Part shown: piece after piece, positions 1-11,224 of the stretch | Numbering within the stretch: the first letter of the stretch is position 1 | How the letters are laid out: every line of letters begins with the position of its first letter | Origin: Escherichia coli | Lineage (GTDB): Bacteria > Pseudomonadota > Gammaproteobacteria > Enterobacterales > Enterobacteriaceae | Length of the DNA: 64,000 bases | Assembly: GCF_024502345.1 (NCBI RefSeq) | Contig: NZ_JALDNN010000001.1 | Direction: 5' to 3' (one strand) | The notes under the pieces: generated by a model | What the model saw: the letters and a program-made list of their open reading frames with translations, nothing else | The model's database searches: none | What the model was told of the DNA's origin: nothing | Program-made: the position numbers and the translations under genes

Positions 1-196
1 TTGTGAGATGAGTGTATTGAGATCCATAGGCCAGTCTGTCTCCCTTTGGTTGCCTGTAAGCATACACCCTGGAAATCATTCACGCTGAAAAAGGACATAC
101 ATCAGACGGTGCAAATTACATGGATGAACAAAAAATAATCACAAGCTGACTTATACTTGAACTGTCAGGTTCATGAACTCACAACAAGGGGGCGGT

Positions 197-784
197 ATGA
201 GCCATGTCTGGGGACTGTTTTCCCATCCCGATCGTGAAATGCAGGTGATTAATCGCGAAAACGAAACGATTTCTCACCATTACACCCACCACGTTTTGCT
301 GATGGCGGCGATTCCGGTGATTTGCGCCTTCATTGGCACTACACAGATTGGCTGGAATTTTGGCGATGGCACTATCCTGAAGTTATCCTGGTTTACCGGA
401 CTGGCGCTGGCTGTCCTGTTTTATGGCGTTATGCTGGCTGGGGTTGCGGTAATGGGGCGGGTCATCTGGTGGATGGCGCGTAATTATCCGCAGCGTCCGT
501 CACTTGCGCACTGCATGGTCTTCGCGGGCTACGTTGCAACTCCGCTGTTTTTAAGCGGTCTGGTGGCGCTTTATCCGCTGGTCTGGTTGTGTGCGCTGGT
601 CGGCACGGTGGCGCTGTTTTACACCGGCTACCTGCTTTACCTTGGTATTCCGAGCTTCCTGAATATCAACAAAGAGGAAGGCCTTAGCTTCTCTAGTTCG
701 ACGCTGGCGATTGGCGTGCTGGTACTGGAAGTGCTGCTCGCCCTAACCGTTATACTATGGGGCTACGGTTATCGTTTGTTCTAG
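197..784 (+). CDS. yohC: inner membrane protein YohC (Yip1 family-like)
   Basis: ORF 173..784 trimmed to MSHVWGLF start (195 aa); multi-TM hydrophobic protein; position next to pbpG. Confidence 0.8.
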   Translation: MSHVWGLFSHPDREMQVINRENETISHHYTHHVLLMAAIPVICAFIGTTQIGWNFGDGTILKLSWFTGLALAVLFYGVMLAGVAVMGRVIWWMARNYPQRPSLAHCMVFAGYVATPLFLSGLVALYPLVWLCALVGTVALFYTGYLLYLGIPSFLNINKEEGLSFSSSTLAIGVLVLEVLLALTVILWGYGYRLF

Positions 785-957
785 AAAGTTCTTTGACGTT
801 GCATTGCTGGCGTAAATGTCAGCAATGCAGCATTTCCTCACGATTCTCCTTTGACGATCGCACTTTTTGCTCGTTATGATGGCGTCGCTAGCCTCAGTAA
901 ATCCTTACTCCGGCGGTGCGCAACCCGTGCGCGTGAACCACTATCTGAATGCTCATC

Positions 958-1890
958 ATGCCGAAATTTCGAGTTTCTTTATTTAGCCTGGCCCTGATGC
1001 TGGCTGTGCCTTTGGCACCGCAGGCCGTTGCGAAAACGGCAGCCGCTACCACCGCTTCACAACCGGAAATTGCCTCCGGTAGCGCGATGATTGTTGATCT
1101 GAATACCAACAAAGTGATCTATTCGAACCACCCGGATCTGGTGCGTCCGATTGCGTCTATCAGCAAATTAATGACCGCGATGGTTGTGCTGGATGCACGA
1201 CTGCCGCTGGATGAAAAACTAAAAGTGGATATCAGCCAGACGCCGGAGATGAAAGGGGTCTATTCGCGCGTACGACTGAATAGCGAAATCAGCCGTAAAG
1301 ATATGCTGTTGCTGGCGCTGATGTCTTCAGAAAACCGCGCGGCGGCAAGCCTTGCGCACCATTATCCCGGTGGTTACAAAGCCTTTATTAAGGCAATGAA
1401 TGCGAAAGCGAAATCGCTCGGAATGAACAACACGCGCTTTGTTGAACCTACCGGATTGTCGGTGCATAACGTTTCAACTGCCCGTGACTTAACCAAACTG
1501 CTCATTGCCAGCAAACAATATCCGTTGATCGGGCAGTTAAGTACTACCCGGGAAGATATGGCAACCTTCTCTAACCCGACGTATACGCTGCCGTTCCGCA
1601 ATACTAATCATCTGGTGTATCGCGATAACTGGAATATTCAGTTAACCAAAACCGGCTTTACCAATGCGGCGGGCCATTGTCTGGTGATGCGTACGGTTAT
1701 CAATAATAAACCGGTGGCGCTGGTAGTGATGGACGCGTTTGGCAAATATACCCATTTTGCCGATGCCAGCCGCCTGCGTACCTGGATTGAAACCGGTAAA
1801 GTGATGCCTGTGCCGGCAGCAGCGTTGAGCTATAAAAAACAAAAAGCCGCCCAAATGGCGGCGGCGGGGCAGACGGCACAGAACGATTAA
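958..1890 (+). CDS. pbpG: D-alanyl-D-alanine endopeptidase PBP7
   Basis: ORF 949..1890, start trimmed to [11 protein letters not shown] signal peptide; SISK (SxxK) active-site motif and SEN motif; ~310 aa. Confidence 0.9.
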   Translation: MPKFRVSLFSLALMLAVPLAPQAVAKTAAATTASQPEIASGSAMIVDLNTNKVIYSNHPDLVRPIASISKLMTAMVVLDARLPLDEKLKVDISQTPEMKGVYSRVRLNSEISRKDMLLLALMSSENRAAASLAHHYPGGYKAFIKAMNAKAKSLGMNNTRFVEPTGLSVHNVSTARDLTKLLIASKQYPLIGQLSTTREDMATFSNPTYTLPFRNTNHLVYRDNWNIQLTKTGFTNAAGHCLVMRTVINNKPVALVVMDAFGKYTHFADASRLRTWIETGKVMPVPAAALSYKKQKAAQMAAAGQTAQND

Positions 1891-1898
1891 GTGAATTC

Positions 1899-1930
1899 GG
1901 ATGGCGATACTCTGCCATCCGTAATTTTTA
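1899..1930. terminator. bidirectional stem-loop between convergent pbpG and dld
   Basis: inverted repeat GGATGGC..GCCATCC followed by T-run; overlaps dld stop. Confidence 0.5.
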
Positions 1931-3643
1931 CTCCACTTCCTGCCAGTTTTTCCGTTTACTGGTTTTACCGATCCCCGGATTCATGCTGTTGGTCGGATCG
2001 TTCTCGCGATAGAACTTCTGCAACGTCTCCGGTGCTTTATACAAATGACCGACGTTATGCTCGGCAGGGTACTGCGCGCCGCGCTGCTGTAGCAGTTCCA
2101 GCATCTGTTCTTTTAACGCATGCACATCCACGCCTTTTTTCACTATGTAATCCTGATGGAAGACATAGCACATAAAATGGCCGTAATAGAGCTTGTGCAC
2201 CAGCTGGCTGTCGATCTCCGGCGGTAAATGCTCATACCACTCGGTGTCGTTACGCCGCAGAGCGATATCCAACGCCAGAATGTCTTCGACTTCATCGGAA
2301 TGCACCGCCTGATAACGAATTGCTGCGCCCGCAGCGGCGAAACGGTGTAAAAACGCTTTGCTGCCTTCCTCCGGCGTACAGACAAAGAAATCGCCTTCGG
2401 CCTGTTTGAAATAATCTACCAGCCACGATTTGGCTTCACCGACGCCATCGCCCGCCATTTTTAACAGCAGATGATGCTCGTATTTATCGCGCCAGTTTTT
2501 CATGCGCGGCGGTAAATGGCTGGGGAACAGGTGACCGAATTTTTGCATCGCACGGTCAGTAAAATGCGGACGGAAGAATTTCACTTTCTCCAGCATCGCA
2601 TCGGTGCGTCCCTTGAGATTAAAGAAGAACGGCATCTTGTCGGTGCCTAACTTATCAATCATCAGGAAGGTGTCTTTGCCGTATTTTTCCGCAATATCGT
2701 AGATATCCCGGTGCATATATTCCCCGGCAACCGGCAGATTTTCGAAGTTAGCCAGAATATGACGGCGGATTTCGGTCAGCACTTCCGGCTGGTTGGTGCC
2801 GATATAAAACACCTGCTGATTTTTTTCCGCCTCGAAGGTATCAAGACGTACTGCAAAGACGGCCAGCTTCCCGGCGCAACCAGAAGATTCAAATAACCGA
2901 TCCGGATCGGCGTTATAACGTGCGGGCGTGTCGGCTTCAATATCACGAACGCGGTGGACATAGTCATAATCGTGGGCGTGACGACCATCGTGACGCACAT
3001 CGTCATCTTTGATGCGATCATCATCCAGCTTGCTAAGGATCTGCTCCGGCGTTTCGCCCAGATCAATCCCCAGATGGTTCACCAGCGTCAGTTTGCCGTC
3101 TTCATTTATACGCGCGAATAACGACATTTCGGTATACGCCGGGCCACGTTGCACCAGCGAGCCGCCGGAGTTGTTACAAATACCACCGATGACCGATGCG
3201 CCTATACACGATGATCCAATCACTGAGTGCGGTTCGCGTCCCAGCGGTTTGAGGGCTTTTTCCAGCGAATAGAGCGTGGTGCCCGGATAGGCCAGCACCT
3301 GTTCGCCCTTGCCGAGAACGTGCAGCTTGTCGAGACGCAGGGTGCTGATGATCACGATATCGCGATCATAGTCGTTACCGTTTGGCGTCGATCCTTCGGT
3401 CAGGCCTGTATTGGCAGCCTGCATCAGAATAATTTTGTCGGCGGTGACGCAGGCTTTCAGCACCCGCCACAATTCCAGTAGTGAGCCAGGGAAAACGACA
3501 GCCAGCGCGTCGCCCTGACCAGAACGGAAGCCCTTGCGATAGCGAGCCGTTTTTGCGGGATCGGTGAGCAGGTGTGAATGACCGACCAGACGGGCAAGTT
3601 CATTCAAAAAGGCTTTATTATCAGTTGTTGTCATGGAAGACAT
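1928..3643 (-). CDS. dld: FAD-dependent D-lactate dehydrogenase
   Basis: ORF 1928..3676 trimmed to MSSMTTTDNKAFLNEL (571 aa), matching Dld as I recall it. Confidence 0.9.
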   Translation of the reverse strand: MSSMTTTDNKAFLNELARLVGHSHLLTDPAKTARYRKGFRSGQGDALAVVFPGSLLELWRVLKACVTADKIILMQAANTGLTEGSTPNGNDYDRDIVIISTLRLDKLHVLGKGEQVLAYPGTTLYSLEKALKPLGREPHSVIGSSCIGASVIGGICNNSGGSLVQRGPAYTEMSLFARINEDGKLTLVNHLGIDLGETPEQILSKLDDDRIKDDDVRHDGRHAHDYDYVHRVRDIEADTPARYNADPDRLFESSGCAGKLAVFAVRLDTFEAEKNQQVFYIGTNQPEVLTEIRRHILANFENLPVAGEYMHRDIYDIAEKYGKDTFLMIDKLGTDKMPFFFNLKGRTDAMLEKVKFFRPHFTDRAMQKFGHLFPSHLPPRMKNWRDKYEHHLLLKMAGDGVGEAKSWLVDYFKQAEGDFFVCTPEEGSKAFLHRFAAAGAAIRYQAVHSDEVEDILALDIALRRNDTEWYEHLPPEIDSQLVHKLYYGHFMCYVFHQDYIVKKGVDVHALKEQMLELLQQRGAQYPAEHNVGHLYKAPETLQKFYRENDPTNSMNPGIGKTSKRKNWQEVE

Positions 3644-3838
3644 TTTCCACTCCTTGTGGTGGCGAAAAAATATCACAAACTAGAATAGCGCCTTGTATGA
3701 CAATTCAGCGAGTGAATATTTTGAAAATTCAGACAATAAACTGAGCATTCTTTTTCTCTCTCCATCATGCTTATGGCAAACTACGGTTTTTGCACCATTT
3801 TCGCTGCCTCGTCGGGCAACAGAGGAAGAAAAATCCAT

Positions 3839-6136
3839 ATGAAATGGCTATGTTCAGTAGGAATCGCGGTGAGTCTGGCCCTGCAGCCAGCACTGGCGGA
3901 TGATTTATTCGGCAACCATCCATTAACGCCCGAAGCGCGGGATGCGTTCGTCACCGAACTGCTTAAGAAAATGACAGTTGATGAGAAAATTGGTCAGCTG
4001 CGCTTAATCAGCGTCGGCCCGGATAACCCGAAAGAGGCGATCCGCGAGATGATCAAAGACGGTCAGGTTGGGGCGATTTTCAACACCGTAACCCGTCAGG
4101 ATATCCGCGCCATGCAGGATCAGGTGATGGAATTAAGCCGCCTGAAAATTCCTCTTTTCTTTGCTTACGACGTGCTGCACGGTCAGCGCACGGTGTTCCC
4201 GATTAGCCTCGGTCTGGCCTCGTCTTTTAACCTCGATGCAGTGAAAACGGTCGGACGTGTCTCTGCTTATGAAGCGGCAGATGATGGCCTGAATATGACC
4301 TGGGCACCGATGGTCGATGTCTCGCGCGATCCGCGCTGGGGACGTGCTTCCGAAGGTTTTGGCGAAGATACGTATCTCACCTCAACAATGGGTAAAACCA
4401 TGGTGGAAGCGATGCAGGGTAAAAGCCCGGCAGATCGCTACTCGGTGATGACCAGCGTCAAACACTTTGCCGCATACGGCGCGGTAGAAGGCGGTAAAGA
4501 GTACAACACCGTCGATATGAGTCCGCAGCGCCTGTTTAATGATTATATGCCGCCGTACAAAGCGGGGCTGGACGCAGGCAGCGGCGCGGTGATGGTGGCG
4601 CTGAACTCGCTGAACGGCACGCCAGCCACCTCCGATTCCTGGCTGCTGAAAGATGTTCTGCGCGACCAGTGGGGCTTTAAAGGCATCACCGTTTCCGATC
4701 ACGGTGCAATCAAAGAGCTGATTAAACATGGCACGGCGGCAGACCCGGAAGATGCGGTGCGCGTGGCGCTGAAATCCGGAATCAACATGAGTATGAGCGA
4801 CGAGTACTACTCGAAGTATCTGCCTGGGTTGATTAAATCCGGTAAAGTGACGATGGCAGAGCTGGACGATGCTGCCCGCCATGTACTGAACGTTAAATAT
4901 GATATGGGGTTGTTTAACGACCCATACAGCCATCTCGGTCCGAAAGAGTCTGACCCGGTGGATACCAATGCCGAAAGCCGCTTGCACCGCAAAGAAGCGC
5001 GTGAAGTGGCGCGTGAAAGCCTGGTGTTGCTGAAAAACCGTCTCGAAACGTTACCGCTGAAAAAATCCGCAACCATTGCGGTGGTTGGCCCGCTGGCAGA
5101 CAGCAAGCGTGACGTGATGGGAAGCTGGTCGGCGGCAGGTGTTGCAGATCAATCCGTGACCGTGCTGACCGGGATTAAAAATGCCGTCGGTGAAAACGGT
5201 AAAGTGCTGTATGCCAAAGGGGCGAACGTTACCAGTGACAAAGGCATTATCGATTTCCTGAATCAGTATGAAGAAGCGGTCAAAGTCGATCCGCGTTCGC
5301 CGCAAGAGATGATTGATGAAGCGGTGCAGACGGCGAAACAATCTGATGTGGTGGTGGCTGTAGTCGGTGAAGCACAGGGGATGGCGCACGAGGCCTCCAG
5401 CCGTACCGATATTACTATTCCGCAAAGCCAACGTGACTTGATTGCGGCGCTGAAAGCCACCGGTAAACCGCTGGTGCTGGTGCTGATGAACGGGCGTCCG
5501 CTGGCGCTGGTGAAAGAAGATCAGCAGGCTGATGCGATTCTGGAAACCTGGTTTGCGGGGACTGAAGGCGGTAATGCAATTGCCGATGTGTTGTTTGGCG
5601 ATTACAACCCGTCCGGCAAGCTGCCGATGTCCTTCCCGCGTTCTGTCGGGCAGATCCCGGTGTACTACAGCCATCTGAACACCGGTCGTCCGTATAATGC
5701 CGACAAGCCGAACAAATACACTTCGCGTTATTTTGATGAAGCTAACGGGGCGCTTTATCCGTTCGGCTATGGTCTGAGCTATACCACTTTCACCGTCTCT
5801 GATGTGAAACTTTCTGCGCCGACCATGAAGCGTGACGGCAAAGTGACGGCCAGCGTGCAGGTGACGAACACCGGTAAACGCGAAGGGGCCACGGTAGTGC
5901 AGATGTACTTGCAGGATGTGACGGCTTCCATGAGTCGTCCGGTGAAACAGCTGAAAGGCTTTGAGAAAATCACCCTGAAACCGGGCGAAACTCAGACCGT
6001 TAGCTTCCCGATTGATATCGAGGCGCTGAAGTTCTGGAATCAACAGATGAGATATGACGCCGAGCCTGGCAAGTTCAATGTCTTTATCGGCACTGATTCC
6101 GCACGCGTTAAGAAAGGCGAGTTTGAGTTGCTGTAA
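3839..6136 (+). CDS. bglX: periplasmic beta-glucosidase (GH3)
   Basis: ORF 3767..6136 trimmed to MKWLCSVGIAVSLALQPALA signal peptide (765 aa); GH3 family sequence. Confidence 0.9.
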   Translation: MKWLCSVGIAVSLALQPALADDLFGNHPLTPEARDAFVTELLKKMTVDEKIGQLRLISVGPDNPKEAIREMIKDGQVGAIFNTVTRQDIRAMQDQVMELSRLKIPLFFAYDVLHGQRTVFPISLGLASSFNLDAVKTVGRVSAYEAADDGLNMTWAPMVDVSRDPRWGRASEGFGEDTYLTSTMGKTMVEAMQGKSPADRYSVMTSVKHFAAYGAVEGGKEYNTVDMSPQRLFNDYMPPYKAGLDAGSGAVMVALNSLNGTPATSDSWLLKDVLRDQWGFKGITVSDHGAIKELIKHGTAADPEDAVRVALKSGINMSMSDEYYSKYLPGLIKSGKVTMAELDDAARHVLNVKYDMGLFNDPYSHLGPKESDPVDTNAESRLHRKEAREVARESLVLLKNRLETLPLKKSATIAVVGPLADSKRDVMGSWSAAGVADQSVTVLTGIKNAVGENGKVLYAKGANVTSDKGIIDFLNQYEEAVKVDPRSPQEMIDEAVQTAKQSDVVVAVVGEAQGMAHEASSRTDITIPQSQRDLIAALKATGKPLVLVLMNGRPLALVKEDQQADAILETWFAGTEGGNAIADVLFGDYNPSGKLPMSFPRSVGQIPVYYSHLNTGRPYNADKPNKYTSRYFDEANGALYPFGYGLSYTTFTVSDVKLSAPTMKRDGKVTASVQVTNTGKREGATVVQMYLQDVTASMSRPVKQLKGFEKITLKPGETQTVSFPIDIEALKFWNQQMRYDAEPGKFNVFIGTDSARVKKGEFELL

Positions 6137-6210
6137 TGCTTTAGTAAGGGCGTGACATTTGCGCCCTTTGCCTGATGTTCATATCTTAACTTGCTGAATT
6201 TTCGCCCTTT

Positions 6211-6245
6211 GTAGGCCGGATAAGGCGCTCGCGCCGCATCCGGCA
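6211..6245. repeat. REP (repetitive extragenic palindromic) element
   Basis: GTAGGCCGGATAAGGCG...CGCCGCATCCGGCA motif in bglX-osmF intergenic. Confidence 0.7.
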
Positions 6246-6387
6246 GGAAACGCCGGACCGAATATGCCTCTTAAGTATTTATCTGATTCTGCAACTGAAT
6301 CCGTCCGCTCAGGCTAATCCCGCCATTATCAACTATGCTTTTCTCTTAATTCGCTGAAAACAACAGTAAAAGAATGAGGAAAGCATC

Positions 6388-7305
6388 ATGCCACTCTCAA
6401 AGGTCTGGGCAGGTTCACTGGTTTTGTTGGCAGCCGTGAGCCTGCCGCTGCACGCGGCTTCCCCCGTTAAAGTCGGTTCAAAAATCGATACTGAAGGCGC
6501 GCTGCTCGGCAATATCATTTTGCAGGTACTGGAAAGCCACGGCGTACCGACGGTCAATAAAGTGCAACTCGGAACGACTCCTGTGGTGCGCGGGGCGATT
6601 ACTTCCGGTGAACTGGATATCTATCCGGAATATACCGGCAATGGCGCGTTTTTCTTTAAAGATGAAAACGATGCAGCGTGGAAAAACGCGCAGCAAGGTT
6701 ACGAGAAAGTCAAAAAACTTGATGCAGAGCAAAACAAGTTAATCTGGCTGACGCCCGCACCTGCAAATAACACCTGGACCATCGCCGTGCGTCAGGATGT
6801 GGCAGAGAAAAACAAACTCACTTCGCTTGCTGACCTGAGTCGTTATCTGAAAGAGGGCGGCACCTTCAAACTGGCAGCCTCGGCAGAGTTTATCGAACGC
6901 GCCGATGCCTTACCCGCGTTTGAAAAAGCCTATGGCTTTAAGCTCGGTCAGGATCAGTTGCTGTCACTGGCTGGTGGCGACACGGCGGTGACGATTAAAG
7001 CCGCTGCCCAGCAAACTTCTGGCGTTAATGCCGCAATGGCTTACGGCACTGACGGTCCGGTCGCGGCGCTGGGGCTGCAAACCTTAAGCGATCCGCAAGG
7101 CGTGCAACCTATCTACGCGCCTGCACCAGTGGTGCGTGAGTCAGTGCTGAAAGAGTATCCGCAAATGGCACAGTGGCTACAGCCAGTCTTCGCCAGCCTC
7201 GATGCAAAAACATTGCAGCAACTGAATGCCAGCATTGCAGTGGAAGGACTGGATGCCAAAAAAGTGGCTGCCGACTACCTGAAACAAAAAGGGTGGGCGA
7301 AGTAA
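6388..7305 (+). CDS. osmF: glycine betaine-binding periplasmic protein of YehZYXW ABC transporter
   Basis: 305 aa with signal peptide; first gene of four-gene ABC transporter cluster. Confidence 0.85.
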   Translation: MPLSKVWAGSLVLLAAVSLPLHAASPVKVGSKIDTEGALLGNIILQVLESHGVPTVNKVQLGTTPVVRGAITSGELDIYPEYTGNGAFFFKDENDAAWKNAQQGYEKVKKLDAEQNKLIWLTPAPANNTWTIAVRQDVAEKNKLTSLADLSRYLKEGGTFKLAASAEFIERADALPAFEKAYGFKLGQDQLLSLAGGDTAVTIKAAAQQTSGVNAAMAYGTDGPVAALGLQTLSDPQGVQPIYAPAPVVRESVLKEYPQMAQWLQPVFASLDAKTLQQLNASIAVEGLDAKKVAADYLKQKGWAK

Positions 7306-7311
7306 TTTCCC

Positions 7312-8469
7312 GTGACTTATCTACGTATTAATCCTGTTCTGGCGCTGCTGCTGTTGCTGACGGCAATCGCAGCAGCGCTGCCGTTTATCAGCTACGCGCC
7401 TAATCGTTTAGTCTCGGGTGAAGGGCGTCATCTCTGGCAACTGTGGCCGCAAACGATCTGGATGCTGGTGGGCGTTGGTTGCGCCTGGCTGACAGCCTGT
7501 TTTATTCCCGCTAAAAAAGGCAGCATTTTTGCACTCATTCTGGCGCAATTCGTCTTCGTATTGCTGGTGTGGGGAGCTGGAAAGGCGGCGACCCAACTGG
7601 CGCAAAATGGCAGTGCGCTGGCGCGTACCAGCCTCGGCAGTGGTTTCTGGCTGGCTGCGGCGCTGGCATTGCTGGCCTGTAGCGATGCCATCCGCCGAAT
7701 CTCCACGCATCCGCTGTGGCGCTGGTTGTTGCATATGCAGATTGCCATTATTCCGCTGTGGTTGCTTTACTCCGGCACGCTTAACGATCTCTCGCTAATG
7801 AAAGAATACGCCAACCGTCAGGATGTGTTTGACGACGCGCTGGCTCAACATCTGACGTTGCTGTTTGGTGCGGTGCTGCCTGCGTTAGTGATTGGTGTGC
7901 CATTGGGCATCTGGTGCTACTTTTCCACCGCGCGGCAGGGGGCGATTTTTTCTCTGCTCAATGTCATTCAGACCGTGCCTTCGGTGGCGCTCTTTGGCCT
8001 GTTGATTGCGTCGCTTGCCGCGCTGGTGACGGCCTTTCCGTGGCTGGGGAAGCTCGGCATAGCAGGAACCGGAATGACACCCGCACTGATTGCGCTGGTG
8101 CTCTATGCCTTGCTGCCGCTGGTGCGCGGCGTGGTAGTAGGCTTGAACCAGATCCCGCGCGATGTGCTGGAGAGCGCCAGAGCGATGGGGATGAGCGGGG
8201 CGCAGCGATTCCTGCATGTTCAGTTACCGCTGGCGTTACCGGTATTTCTGCGCAGCCTGCGGGTGGTGATGGTGCAAACTGTAGGCATGGCGGTGATTGC
8301 GGCGTTAATCGGCGCAGGCGGTTTTGGTGCGCTGGTTTTCCAGGGGCTGCTAAGCAGCGCCATTGATTTAGTGTTGCTGGGGGTGATCCCGGTAATTGTT
8401 CTGGCGGTGCTGATCGATGCGCTGTTCGATTTACTTATCGCACTGTTGAAGGTGAAACGTAATGATTGA
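7312..8469 (+). CDS. yehY: ABC transporter permease
   Basis: 385 aa polytopic membrane protein, GTG start 7 bp after osmF stop. Confidence 0.85.
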   Translation: MTYLRINPVLALLLLLTAIAAALPFISYAPNRLVSGEGRHLWQLWPQTIWMLVGVGCAWLTACFIPAKKGSIFALILAQFVFVLLVWGAGKAATQLAQNGSALARTSLGSGFWLAAALALLACSDAIRRISTHPLWRWLLHMQIAIIPLWLLYSGTLNDLSLMKEYANRQDVFDDALAQHLTLLFGAVLPALVIGVPLGIWCYFSTARQGAIFSLLNVIQTVPSVALFGLLIASLAALVTAFPWLGKLGIAGTGMTPALIALVLYALLPLVRGVVVGLNQIPRDVLESARAMGMSGAQRFLHVQLPLALPVFLRSLRVVMVQTVGMAVIAALIGAGGFGALVFQGLLSSAIDLVLLGVIPVIVLAVLIDALFDLLIALLKVKRND

Positions 8470-9388
8470 ATTTAGCCATGTCAGCAAACTGTTTGGCGCA
8501 CAAAAAGCCGTTAACGATCTCAATCTCAATTTTCAGGAAGGGAGTTTTTCGGTGCTGATTGGCACATCTGGCTCCGGCAAATCCACCACCCTGAAAATGA
8601 TTAACCGCCTGGTGGAACATGACAGCGGAGAGATCCGCTTTGCCGGAGAAGAAATTCGCTCGCTGCCAGTACTGGAGTTGCGCCGCCGTATGGGCTATGC
8701 CATTCAATCTATTGGCCTGTTTCCCCACTGGAGCGTGGCACAAAACATTGCCACCGTGCCGCAATTACAAAAATGGTCGCGGGCGAGGATTGACGATCGT
8801 ATCGACGAATTAATGGCGCTACTGGGGCTGGAGTCAAATTTACGTGAGCGTTATCCGCATCAGCTTTCCGGTGGTCAGCAGCAACGTGTGGGAGTAGCGC
8901 GCGCACTGGCTGCCGATCCGCAAGTCTTACTGATGGATGAACCTTTTGGCGCACTGGACCCGGTAACGCGCGGCGCGTTGCAACAAGAGATGACGCGCAT
9001 TCACCGTTTGCTGGGGCGTACCATTGTGCTGGTCACTCATGATATTGATGAGGCGCTACGGCTGGCAGAACATCTGGTATTGATGGATCACGGTGAAGTG
9101 GTGCAGCAGGGGAATCCGCTGACGATGCTGACTCGTCCGGCGAATGATTTTGTCCGCCAGTTTTTTGGACGTAGTGAACTGGGTGTGCGCCTGCTTTCGT
9201 TACGTAGTGTGGCGGATTACGTGCGTCGCGAAGAACGGGCAGAAGGTGAGGCACTGGCAGAAGAGATGACGCTGCGCGATGCGCTCTCCCTGTTTGTCGC
9301 GCGGGGATGCGAGGTGCTGCCGGTGGTGAACACGCAGGGCCAGCCTAGCGGCACGCTGCATTTTCAGGATCTGCTGGAGGAGGCGTAA
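8462..9388 (+). CDS. yehX: ABC transporter ATP-binding protein
   Basis: Walker [13 protein letters not shown] signature LSGGQQQRV; 308 aa; overlaps yehY end. Confidence 0.9.
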   Translation: MIEFSHVSKLFGAQKAVNDLNLNFQEGSFSVLIGTSGSGKSTTLKMINRLVEHDSGEIRFAGEEIRSLPVLELRRRMGYAIQSIGLFPHWSVAQNIATVPQLQKWSRARIDDRIDELMALLGLESNLRERYPHQLSGGQQQRVGVARALAADPQVLLMDEPFGALDPVTRGALQQEMTRIHRLLGRTIVLVTHDIDEALRLAEHLVLMDHGEVVQQGNPLTMLTRPANDFVRQFFGRSELGVRLLSLRSVADYVRREERAEGEALAEEMTLRDALSLFVARGCEVLPVVNTQGQPSGTLHFQDLLEEA

Positions 9389-9392
9389 GCGT

Positions 9393-10124
9393 ATGAAGAT
9401 GTTGCGCGATCCGCTGTTCTGGCTCATTGCTTTGTTTGTGGCACTGATTTTCTGGCTGCCTTACAGCCAGCCGCTGTTTGCTGCCTTGTTCCCACAACTG
9501 CCACGACCCGTTTATCAGCAAGAAAGTTTTGCCGCTCTGGCACTGGCTCATTTCTGGCTGGTGGGAATTTCGAGTTTGTTTGCGGTGATCATTGGTACTG
9601 GTGCCGGAATTGCTGTCACTCGCCCGTGGGGCGCGGAATTTCGCCCACTGGTGGAAACTATTGCCGCCGTTGGACAGACTTTTCCGCCCGTCGCAGTGCT
9701 GGCGATCGCCGTTCCGGTGATCGGGTTTGGTCTGCAACCAGCGATTATCGCCTTGATCCTTTACGGTGTGCTGCCCGTCCTGCAGGCGACACTTGCCGGG
9801 CTGGGAGCGATTGATGCCAGCGTGACAGAAGTTGCGAAAGGTATGGGAATGAGTCGTGGTCAGCGACTGCGTAAGGTCGAGCTACCGCTGGCGGCTCCGG
9901 TGATTCTGGCGGGCGTGCGAACTTCGGTGATTATCAACATTGGTACGGCGACGATCGCCTCAACGGTAGGGGCCAGCACGCTGGGTACGCCCATCATCAT
10001 CGGGCTTAGCGGATTTAATACCGCGTATGTGATCCAGGGGGCGTTACTGGTGGCACTGGCGGCGATCATCGCAGACCGCCTGTTTGAAAGGCTGGTGCAG
10101 GCGCTTAGCCAGCACGCAAAATAA
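9393..10124 (+). CDS. yehW: ABC transporter permease
   Basis: 243 aa membrane protein, 4 bp after yehX. Confidence 0.85.
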
Positions 10125-10212
10125 AGGTATAACCTGCGAGCATGACGCCACCAATTCCGCCTAACGCCATAAACAGGAACAGGGCGATGACCCCAATTTT
10201 AGCTATGCGCAT
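10105..10212 (-). CDS. yohO: small membrane protein (35 aa) [35 protein letters not shown]
   Basis: hand translation of minus strand; AAGGAG RBS 7 nt upstream of ATG; single TM helix; overlaps yehW 3' end; absent from ORF track (<60 aa). Confidence 0.75.
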
Positions 10213-10271
10213 AATGCACTCCTTATGTTAACGAAAGGATTGTACAGTAAAGCGCATTTGTTAACGAATCA

Positions 10272-11003
10272 TTAAATGCCGAGTGGGAAAATATCATAGC
10301 CTTGTTCTTGCCAACTGGTGAGTTGCTGTTGTTGGGCGGAGGTTCGATTTTCACCGCACCACACCAGCAATGTACGGCCTTCGAACAGTTCAGGGCGTAG
10401 TTGATTGAGCGAGTGGGCGAGGACATCAATGCGCCATCCTTGTTGACTGGCAATCCAGCCCTCCAGCCACAGACGGGTGGTATCGTGAATATTCCAGCCA
10501 ACCACCAGCGCATCTTTACCCTGTTTTTTACGTGCCGAAGCCAGACAGATGGCGATGTAGTTGATCAGTACGCCGTCGAGGATCGCCAGCAGCGCCTGGA
10601 GAGTCGGTTGTTGGCACTGAAGCCGTCGACGCAGAGGAATAAACAAATGCGTGGTGAGCGTCTGGGCGGGGTAATCCTGACCGCGCTCTTTGATCCACGT
10701 TCGCAGGCTATGCAGATTGCCGCTTTGCAAGTAAGTCAGTAATGTTTCTTGCTGATCGCGCCAGCCGTTCTGCACATCAACATTTTCATTACTGAGCAGC
10801 ATTTTAACTTTGCTGACCTGCACGCCGTTGTCGATCCAGCGTTTGATCTCGCGGATCCGGTCAATATCGGCATCGTTGAACAGCCGATGACCGCCGTCTG
10901 TCCGTTGCGGTTTCAGCAATCCGTAACGCCTCTGCCACGCGCGTAACGTGACAGGGTTAATATCACAAAGCAACGCCACTTCACCAATTGTGTAAAGCGC
11001 CAT
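10272..11003 (-). CDS. mlrA: MerR-family transcriptional regulator (csgD activator)
   Basis: 243 aa; N-terminal MerR HTH MALYTIGEVALLCDINPVTLRAWQRRYGLLKP. Confidence 0.9.
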   Translation of the reverse strand: MALYTIGEVALLCDINPVTLRAWQRRYGLLKPQRTDGGHRLFNDADIDRIREIKRWIDNGVQVSKVKMLLSNENVDVQNGWRDQQETLLTYLQSGNLHSLRTWIKERGQDYPAQTLTTHLFIPLRRRLQCQQPTLQALLAILDGVLINYIAICLASARKKQGKDALVVGWNIHDTTRLWLEGWIASQQGWRIDVLAHSLNQLRPELFEGRTLLVWCGENRTSAQQQQLTSWQEQGYDIFPLGI

Positions 11004-11224
11004 CGTCTCACCCTTGCTCGCGAGGTCCCGGTTTAACTTTAGACGCAGTTTTGCGAACCAGGTAGTTTTGCCCGTTTTTTGTGCATTTATAGGGTGATTT
11101 TATTTTTGCCAGGCGATTTTGAGTGATCGTACTCACGAATTCTCATTTTTCTGCAAGAGTTCAAAGAAAGTTAAACGCAGGCAATGTATGTTACGCGTTT
11201 TAAAGGGAAGTGTGGTTTGCGGGT

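Noticed and set aside
3767-3838. N-terminal extensions in ORF-track calls (bglX 3767, yohC 173, yehP 18134, rcnB 40451, fbaB 50777, btsS 11210, yehQ 16797, C repressor 61923)
   Set aside because: The longest-ORF rule over-extends. Starts were moved to the methionine that gives a signal peptide or conserved N-terminus, an RBS, or a start/stop overlap with the upstream gene.
4382-6043. Long antisense ORFs inside bglX (4382..4987, 5051..6043) and similar shadow ORFs inside dld, yehY, molR, metG, rcnA, gat genes
   Set aside because: They are fully contained in well-supported genes on the opposite strand, lack RBSs and have atypical composition (Arg/His-rich), so they are typical high-GC shadow ORFs.
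6146-6168. Hairpin AAGGGCG...CGCCCTT after bglX as an intrinsic terminator
   Set aside because: The stem is followed by TGCC rather than a U-tract, so it is more likely part of the REP-containing intergenic region than a canonical terminator. Left unannotated.
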